In this document: positions 54,807 through 64,000 of the stretch, one piece after another
Layout of the letters: each line of letters begins with the position of its first letter
Position numbering within the stretch: position 1 is the stretch's first letter
Assembly: GCA_964016885.1 (NCBI GenBank)
Contig: OZ024748.1
Coordinates: 53,072,001 to 53,136,000, forward strand
Length of the DNA: 64,000 nucleotides
Direction: 5' to 3'
DNA from: Eledone cirrhosa
Lineage: Eukaryota
Made by a program: the position numbers and the translations under genes
Notes under the pieces: model-generated
Told to the model about the DNA's origin: nothing
The model's database searches: none
What the model saw: only the letters and a program-made list of their open reading frames with translations

Positions 54807-54866
54807 CTCTCTCTCTAGAGATATAAATATATATATATATACATATATAAATATATATATATATAT

Positions 54867-55059
54867 AACGAAGGAAATGTGGTAAGGAACCAGGTGGACA
54901 ATAACGCACCAAAGTACTCAATACTTAGGGTAGTAGAGTGGGTAATAGGAACGAGTGGGACCCCGACGGCTGAGCTCAAGCCGTTTCGACGGCTAATTCT
55001 GGACTGAATTAGCCGTCGAAACGGCTTGAGCTCAGCCGTCGGGATCCCACTCGTTCCTA

Positions 55060-55060
<1 letters not shown>
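54867..55060 (-). mobile_element. Family B copy 6
   Basis: Palindrome 54945-55060; (TA)n flanks. Confidence 0.87.
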
Positions 55061-55094
<34 letters not shown>

Positions 55095-55097
<3 letters not shown>

Positions 55098-55357
55098 AAA
55101 GTTTTATTTAAAATTGTTGGGTTACAACGAGTAAATATTTTATAACTGATATAAAGCACTCAACAAGTTTTGGAGTAGATATACGATATTAAACAAATGG
55201 AAACTATATTTATAAAACCATATTTATTTCATTATACATATTTCAGGGATACCATATTAAAAATATGGCATGCCTTCTTCAGATAAAATACAATATATAA
55301 GCAGTTTTATAAATAAATTTGACGTACCATAAAAATATTGATCAACTTCCATTTAAT
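55095..55357 (-). mobile_element. Family A copy without inversion
   Basis: Homologous to 5122-5331. Confidence 0.78.
55225..55290 (-). ncRNA. Minimal type I hammerhead ribozyme
   Basis: Minus strand: UAUUUUAU-CUGAAGA-[AGG C AUGCCAUAUU uuu AAUAUGGUAU C CCU]-GAAA-U AUGU A-UA-AUGAAAUA. Confidence 0.85.
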
Positions 55358-55556
55358 GTATATATGTATATATGTATATATGTGAGAAAAACGACGGATC
55401 CTCCATCTCAACTCTACTTCTGAATAGTAGACGAACTGCGAAACTGGTAAGGGAACCAAATAAATAAATATTTAAAAAAAAAGACTCCAATTGCATTTTC
55501 GATTTCATCATATATATATGTGTATGTATATATGTATGTATATGAATGTATATACG

Positions 55557-55603
<47 letters not shown>

Positions 55604-55664
55604 CTCTGTGTGTGTGTGTGTAATTATATATATGCATATATATATATGCATATATATATATATA

Positions 55665-56560
55665 CGAGGTGTGTCCAGGACTGATGTCACAAAAGATTTA
55701 TTTCAAACCCAAACTTCACACTAAGAGATTTCTCCTTCAAAGTAATCCCCTGGAGTCTAATGCACTTTTCCATCCTTTTCTGCCACGCTTGCATGCACTC
55801 CTGGAAGGATTCTTCCGGGATCCTCCGCAGTCCGTCCTCACGGCCTTTTTGATGTCGTCCACGTCTTCAAAACGGGTCCCCTCCGGGTCGTACTCGAAGA
55901 TCTATGACTCATTACTGGTGATGACATATATATATATATGTCCCTAGCAAGTCTGATGCGGTTTCAAGACGCTCGAGGATGTCCTGGCACACTTGCATGC
56001 ATCGACCCTTCTGGTCATCGTTCAGCAGTTTTGGCACCATCTTCGCTCAGACTTTCCGCATGTCCAAATCTTCAGTGAGAATCTTCCAGGCGCTGTCCTG
56101 ATTCATGCCCAGCTCCTTTGCCATCAGTCGAACAGTCAGCCGACGATCGCTACGCACCATCTGCCTGACACGCTCAACATTGAACTCAGTCCTGATTGTT
56201 GAGGGCCATCCGCTCCTGCGGTCATCTTCCACGTCCTCGCGTCCTTCTTTAAACCTCTTGGACCACCCAAAAACACGTGAGCGGGACATCGTCTCAACTC
56301 CATACACTTGCTGCAGCACTCCCAGTGCTTCTGACGGAGTTTTCAAGTTTGTTCGTTGCTCTGTGCTCATTGCTTGACGACCTGTAACAGAGGACGTGTA
56401 TATAAAATTATGAAGAAAAAAGTTTGATCGCTGCAGAGAGCTAAGATTACAGTTACATACTCCAGGGGGATTACTTTCAAGGAGAAAACTCTTAGTGTGA
56501 AGTTTGGGTTTGAAATAAATCTTTTGTGACATCAGTCTTGGAACTTTTCTGACACACCTC

Positions 56561-56561
<1 letters not shown>
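55665..56561 (-). mobile_element. Internally deleted mariner transposon with ~95-100-bp TIRs and TA flanks
   Basis: TIRs 55665-55756 and 56459-56561; ORF 56047-56562 has VYGVETMSRSRVFGWSKRFKEGREDVEDDRRSGWP and DRRLTVR (mariner HTH) and is followed by AKMVPKLL; most of the catalytic domain is missing. Confidence 0.92.
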
Positions 56562-56622
<61 letters not shown>

Positions 56623-56652
56623 ATAATATATATATAATTATGTATATGTAAT

Positions 56653-56687
<35 letters not shown>

Positions 56688-57205
56688 ATATATATGTATA
56701 TGAAATTATATATATACATATATATATATATATATGTCTAAGTAGCCCCCTCTTTCTGCCTCTCTTATTCGCACTAAAGAAATATCCGAGGCGGGGAAAA
56801 CCTGAGGATCTCCCCACCACCCATTCTGTTTCCGGAAAAGAAGACGATTGCAAACATGTCGGAGGTCAGATTATTTAAAAACCTAGGAAAAAACTTAGGA
56901 AAAAAAATTCTTCACAAACCGTGGATGGTTTTCTATAAATCTAAACGTCTGCAACTCCCTTTTCGAAAAAAGGAATCGTTGGCGAGTGAGTCGGATGTCA
57001 GATCGTTCGAAAGCAAACGAAAACCCAAGAAAAGAAAAGAAATTCCTACAGAAGAAATCTCCAAGGCTGGAAAAATCAGAGCCCCCACTCCCAACCCCCC
57101 ATTCCGTTTTCGTAGAAAAAGTCCGGAAAAACATGGAAAACCCTAATTATTACTAATTTTATTTAGTGTTTTTAGCAGTCTACATACGAATTTCCTTTCT
57201 CTAAG

Positions 57206-57257
<52 letters not shown>

Positions 57258-57264
<7 letters not shown>

Positions 57265-57627
57265 ATGTTGAAAAGGTAACTCACCAGAGAGAGATATACA
57301 GTGCGTTATCAATAAAACAGGGAAACAACCACCAGTGTATGGAATCTATAACCTATGAAAGGCAGACTATAGACACGATAATTAAAAACATAAATTAAAG
57401 CGTAAATAAATACCTCTATAACTATATAACACACGTGTGTTATATAGTTATAGATTCCATACACTGGTGGTTTTTTTCCCTGTTTTATTGATAACGCACT
57501 GTATATCTCTCTCTGGTGAGTTACCTTTTCAACATATTGTATTTTAAAGAGCTCCGGATTTCTTCTCCTTTGAGCACATTATTTACAGGGAATAGCGAGG
57601 GCCTATGCCTCCGTTAATTTATCGTGA
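57258..57627. mobile_element. (TA)n-inserted nested fold-back element
   Basis: Outer arms 57258-57352 and 57447-57542; perfect 40-bp inner palindrome 57415-57454; unique tail to 57627. Confidence 0.7.
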
Positions 57628-57824
57628 TATATATATATACATACATACATTTGTGAGCCTGTTTTGGGTGGGCTTTTATTAGGCATCTACGGAATGTTAG
57701 AAATAGTAACCAAATCTTGAATTACTCATAACAGTCTTAATCCTCTTGATATCAAACTGCCTGAAAATCATCTTTGGTTCTACAATTCAGAACAGTTTAT
57801 TTTAAAGAGATTATATCTATCTAA

Positions 57825-57980
57825 AGGAAGACCAAAGAGATGCTGGTGTAATGACATCAAGGAATTGACAGGAAGAATACTGGTGTAATGATGGTCGTGG
57901 CATGAGAGAGGAACTAATGGAGAGCCTTGATACAATCGTCCGTAGTCCCTGACTCTCAGTAATGAGGATGGCAAATAAAG
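57825..57980 (+). mobile_element. Probable RTE-like LINE 3' remnant
   Basis: Translates to GRPKRCWCNDIKELTG. Confidence 0.45.
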
Positions 57981-58020
57981 AAGAATTTATCTAAAACACT
58001 TTCATTAAAATTTTATATAA

Positions 58021-58212
58021 GGGCGGTGGATTGGCAGTATCGGTAGAGGGTTCGACGCCGTGCTTTGATGCATAGAGTTACGGCCCTTGCCATTCTGAGT
58101 TCAAATCCCGCCGAGGTTAACTTTGCCTTTCATCCTTACGGGGTCGATAAAGTAAAGTACCAGTAATACACTGGGTAATTGCTGGCCTTGTGCCTAACGT
58201 AGAAACAACTAT
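58021..58212 (+). mobile_element. tRNA-derived SINE family 1, full length (Nin/Deu-like central domain)
   Basis: tggcagtatcggtagag A-box, gagttcaaatcc B-box, gcctttcatccttacggggtcgataaa core, short AT-rich tail; roughly 20 related copies or fragments in the window. Confidence 0.88.
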
Positions 58213-58263
58213 AATTTTATATAAGAACCTTTGGTGTTCCAAAACACCAGTTGAGTAATAAAA

Positions 58264-58351
58264 CAGGTGGTATATTACAGGTGGTATATTACTGGTGGTA
58301 TATTACAGGTGGTATATTACAGGTGGTATATTACAGGTGGTATATTACTGG
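58264..58351. repeat. 14-bp tandem repeat, about 6 copies
   Basis: Unit caggtggtatatta. Confidence 0.9.
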
Positions 58352-58864
58352 AAAAGGGGGGATGTTTGGTAAGATCTCAGACCTTATTTGCTTACTGAGT
58401 GGGCTGGAACTCATCAAATCGGACCAAGGAAACAATGTTTCCACTGGTTTTTCCATGGCTGATACTGTCTACCAGAAAAAGCAATGTGATGTAAAGTGTC
58501 TTGCTCAAGGACATAACATATCACTCTATCTGGAAATCGAAGTCATATCCTCATGATTACAAATCTAATTCTTTAACCACTAAGCCACCTGCCTAAATAT
58601 ATATCCTTTCAAATTCATGAATATTTTTTTAAATCATTTGAAAATCAGACAATATCTTTTATTAGTAATTCTTGATTATTTGAAAAATCACAGACAATCT
58701 TTTATTAGAAATATATTAATGAAAGGGTTGAAACAGCTCCGACATATTGGATAATACACAGAGAACAAAATGAAACAAAATAAGACAAACAGGATGGTTA
58801 TGGTAGGAATGGTTATGCTGATAGAGTAGCATAACCAGGGCTGACCTGTGGCTAAACAATAATA

Positions 58865-60150
58865 CACCACCACCAATGCACTACCACCAACACATCATCA
58901 TCATCATCATCATCACCATCACCATCACACTACTACCATGACAACATACTACTACCATCAGCTTCAACAGGAAAAACATATTTGACACCATCATCATCAT
59001 CATCATCATCATCACCATCATCACCACTATCACAGCATGACCATCACCTCTACCACCACCATGCACAACAATAACATGACAACACCATCACAACCATCAC
59101 CATCACCACCATGCACAACAATAACATGACAACACCATTGCTACCATCACCAACACCACCACTGCAGCCACCACTACCATCACCCTAACCACTACCATCA
59201 CCCTAACCACTACCATCACCCTAACCACTACCATCACCCTAACCACTACCATCACCCTAACCACTACCATCAACCTCACCACTACCATCACCCTCACCTC
59301 TAACATCACCCTCACCACTACCATCTCCACCACCACTACCATTACACCACCACCACCACCACCACCACTACCATCACACCACCACTACCACCATCACCAC
59401 CATTACACCATCACCACCACCACCACCAACAACACAATCACACCACCACCACCACCATTACACCACCACCAACACCACCGACACCACCATCACACCACCA
59501 CTACCACCACCATCACCATTACACCACTACCACTACCACCACCACCACCATTACACCACCACCACCATTACACCACCACCAACACCAACACCACCATCAC
59601 ACCACCACCAACACCAACACCACCATCATACCACCACCACTACCACCATCATTACACCACCACCATAACCACCACCACTACCACCACCACCACCACCACC
59701 ACCATCACACCACCACCACTACAACCACCACCATCATTACACCACCACCACTACCACCATCACACCACCACCACTACCACCACCACCACCACCACCATCA
59801 CACCACCACCACTAAAACCACCACCATCATTACACCACCACCACCACCACCATTACACCACCACCAACACCAACACCACCATCACACCACCACCAACACC
59901 AACACCACCATCATACCACCACCACTACCACCACCACCATCATTACACCACCACCATAACCACCATCACACCACCACCACTACCACCACCACCACCACCA
60001 CCACCATCACACCACCACCACTACAACCACCACCATCATTACACCACCACCACCACCACCATCACACCACCACCAACACCACCATCACACCACCACCATC
60101 ACACCACCACCACCACCACCACCACCACCACCACCACCAGCACCACCATC
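58865..60150. repeat. (CAC/CAT)n field with an 18-bp subarray at 59169-59270
   Basis: Simple repeats. Confidence 0.9.
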
Positions 60151-60406
60151 AATAATGTCACAAGATAACTAATCTAATCAAAATTGGATTTCTTAGTTTC
60201 TACTTCTATGGAATATTCCGGAACATTTTTACAGTATGCAATTAACTAAGGGGGTGGAAGGGGTGGAGAGAGGGGTGGGGAGGGGGGGCTAACTGGCTTC
60301 CTACCCCACCCCACCCTCACTTCTTCCCTACCTACAAATATAGACATGTATGTGTGTAGGTGTTACTCTCTCTTTCTCTCTCACTCTCTCTCTCTCTATA
60401 TATATA

Positions 60407-60486
<80 letters not shown>

Positions 60487-60504
60487 TATGTGTGTATATA
60501 TATA

Positions 60505-60605
<101 letters not shown>

Positions 60606-60868
60606 AAATATACATAGGCATGTATGTGTGTGAATGTTAGTATGTATAAAGGCATGGGAGTTTCTTTGTGTGTATATATATCTATGTATATATACAGTGA
60701 TGTATATGTTTATGTGTGTATGTTTGTGTTTGACTTAATCAGTAATCTCGTTCTGTTGATTAGATTGAATAAATGAATGAATGAATAGATAGAAAATAGT
60801 TTGTATATATACATATGGATGTATACATGTATATAAATATATATATATGTGTATATATATATATATAC

Positions 60869-60926
<58 letters not shown>

Positions 60927-61032
60927 TTTTTCCTTAATGCATATATATTACAAAATAATAATTATATATGTTTATTATGTAGATTATATATATACATCTA
61001 TAAAATCTACATATATATATATATAGAGAGAG

Positions 61033-61100
<68 letters not shown>

Positions 61101-61362
61101 TATGCAGACTTATATCATGTAAAGATATATCTCCAAATACATTCATGTTTGTTTGTATGTCTGAGTGTATGTATGAGTAGAATGAAAAGAAGAGTGTGTG
61201 TGTGTGTGTGTAGGTTGAATGGAAGTATATGTGTGTGTGTAGGTTGAATGGAAGTATATGTGTGTGTGTGTGCATGTCCCTCCAGATTAATTTAACTGAT
61301 TCAATCATTTACACTAATCAATCTATCAACCAATCAATAGATTGATTAAAATGAAATGAATG

Positions 61363-61394
<32 letters not shown>

Positions 61395-61430
61395 AAATAT
61401 ATATATATGCGCGCGCGTGCGTGTGTGCGC

Positions 61431-61462
<32 letters not shown>

Positions 61463-61477
61463 GTATCTATATGTATA

Positions 61478-61509
<32 letters not shown>

Positions 61510-62244
61510 AGCAGAAAGAGAAAAAGCAACCGTACAAATCATTACCACCATCACAAACGTCGCTATTACCACAACCACCACCACTACCACTACCACCACT
61601 ACCACCACCACCACCCCCTGCCACCACTGCCACCACCACCACTACCACCACTGCCACCACCACCACCCCGACCACCACTACTACCACCACCACCACCACC
61701 CTCTGCCACAGCCTAAACCACAGCCACACTGTCTTCACCACCACCACCACCCCACCCCACCCCCTGCCACGACCACCACCACCACCACTACTACCACTGC
61801 CCCCACCACCACCACCCCGACCACCACTGCCCCCACCACCACCACCTCGACCACCACTGCCACCACCACCACCACCACCCCGACCACCACTACTACCACC
61901 ACCACCACCACCCTCTTCCACAGCCACACTGTCTTCACCACCAACACTACTGCCATTGCAATTAAAACCTCAACAAATAACACTCTGGCTATCACCACAA
62001 CAACAATCACCACTACTACAACTATCACCACAGCCCTCACAACCACCACCACCACCACCACCACCACAACAACTAGTACAATCATCATTACAACCATCCC
62101 CCACCACCACAACCACTATCACCACTACTACTACCGCCACCATTACCGCTGTCACTACTACCACCACCATCACCAACACAACAGCCATCACCACTACAAC
62201 AACCACCATCAACATTGTCACAGCCACCACCAACACCACCATCT

Positions 62245-63182
62245 GAGGTGGTGGTGTTGGTGGTAATGGTAGTTGTGATTGAGGTGGTGATGGTGGTGAT
62301 GGTAGTTGTGATTGAGGTGGTGATGGTGGTGATGGTAGTTCTGACTGAGGTGGTGATGGTGGTGATGGTAGTTGTGATTGAGATGGTGATGGTGGTGATG
62401 GTAGTTGTGATTGAGGTGGTGATGGTGGTGGTGATGGTGGTGGTGATGGTGGTGATGGTAGTTGTGATTGAGGTGGTGATGGTGGTGATGGTAGTTGTGA
62501 TTGAGGTGGTGATGGTGGTGATGGTAGTTGTGATTGAGGTGGTGATGGTGGTGGTGATGGTGGTGATGGTAGTTGTGATTGAGGTGGTGATGGTGGTTAT
62601 GGTAGTTGTGACTGAGGTGGTGATGGTGGTAATGGTAGTTGTGACTGAGGTGGTGATGGTGGTGGTGATGGTGGTGATGGTGATGGTACCATGACTACCA
62701 TCACCACCTCAGTCACAACTACCATCACCACCATCACTACCATTACCACCATCACCACCATTACCACCATAGTCACACATACCATCACCACCATCACCAC
62801 CACAGTCACAACTACCATCACCACCATCACCACCTCAGTCACAACTACCATTACCTCCATTACTACCATCACTACCATTACCACCAACACCACCATCACC
62901 ACCATAGTCACAACTACCATCACTACCATCACCACCATAGTCACAACTACCATCACCACCATTACTACCATCACCACCATCACCACCATAGTCACAACTA
63001 CCATCACCACCATTACTACCATCACTACCATCACCACCATAGTCACAACTACCATCACCACCATCACCACCATCACCACCATAGTCACAACTACCATTAC
63101 CACCATTACTACCATCACCACCATCACCACCATAGTCACAACTACCATTACCACCATTACTACCATCACTACCATTACCACC
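62245..63182. repeat. Inverted pair of ~30-bp minisatellite arrays
   Basis: gaggtggtgatggtggtgatggtagttgtgact units switch to their reverse complement at atggtaccat (62683-62692). Confidence 0.85.
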
Positions 63183-63479
63183 AGTACGATAACAAACAGT
63201 ACCAGAGCCATTAACCCAACCACAGGTAACTGCACCACACCAAACGAGCCTCACCAAGACTAATTTAGCCAGAACCCCACCATCTACACAACAACAACAA
63301 CAGCAACAGCAACAATGGCGACAGAAGCAGTCTCACAATACTCACAACAGAAACCAAATGAAAAGAGGATATCTGATCTGGGCTGACTACAAATATGAAG
63401 AGAAACACAACATGAATGACAACTTCAACACCATCACACTAACAACAACAACAACAACAACAACAGCAACAACAATATG

Positions 63480-63830
63480 GCCACCACCATTATCATCACT
63501 AACACCACAACCACTACACTAACAACAGCAACAGTAACAACAATATCAACACCAGCGACATCATCACTAACACCACAACAACTACACTAACAACAACAAC
63601 AGTAACAACAGTAACAACACCAGCGACATCATCACTAACACCACAACAACTACACTAACAACAACAACAGTAACAACAGTAACAACACCAGCGACATCAT
63701 CACTAACACCACAACAACTACACTAACAACAACAACAGTAACAACAGTAACAACACCAGTGTCATCATCACTAACATCACAACAACAACACTAACAGCAA
63801 TAACAACAGAAACAACAGTAACAACAGTAA
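63480..63830. repeat. 68-bp tandem repeat (~4-5 copies)
   Basis: accagcgac at 63551, 63619 and 63687. Confidence 0.88.
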
Positions 63831-64000
63831 CACCATCATCAACACCATCACTAACACACACACAAATCTACAATAACAACAGCAATAATAGTGTACCAAC
63901 ATTATCACCATCAACAGCGACAAGAACATAAAACTAGGAACAAATGATTTCACTGAAACCTATGACTACGTTGATATATATATATATCTGTGTGTGTGTG

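Noticed and set aside
59169-59270. Telomeric repeat (CCCTAA)
   Set aside because: The hexamer occurs only once per 18-bp CAC-derived unit and not as a tandem array.

Overview
This is AT-rich, microsatellite-saturated eukaryotic DNA that looks intergenic or intronic. The SINE and LINE content and the (TA)n, (CA)n and (CAC)n load suggest an octopod cephalopod (inference). I found no supportable host protein-coding gene; almost all long ORFs are simple-repeat translations. Recognisable mobile DNA: a 5'-truncated RTE LINE with a PHD-like finger, a Tx1/L1-type 3' fragment inside a (TAGG/TAGA)n tract, an internally deleted mariner, a decayed hAT (Buster/Charlie-like) transposase, R4/Dong-like and CR1/L2-like remnants, two abundant tRNA-derived SINE families and many minisatellites. 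The main unexplained signal is a set of short non-coding elements of about 140-430 bp inserted in (TA)n tracts. Many carry minimal type I hammerhead ribozymes (CUGANGA, stem II, GAAA, palindromic mini stem III, UH) and most have a one-sided fold-back inversion at the 5' end. In seven related ribozymes the paired bases vary while a C.C mismatch at stem II position 4 is kept in six (C.U in the seventh). A second family of six copies retains only the GAAA/stem III/GUC half and appears to fold back at its own ribozyme hairpins. The best reading is non-autonomous, (TA)n-targeting Penelope-like element (PLE) or retrozyme termini. All coordinates were read by eye and may be off by a few bases.
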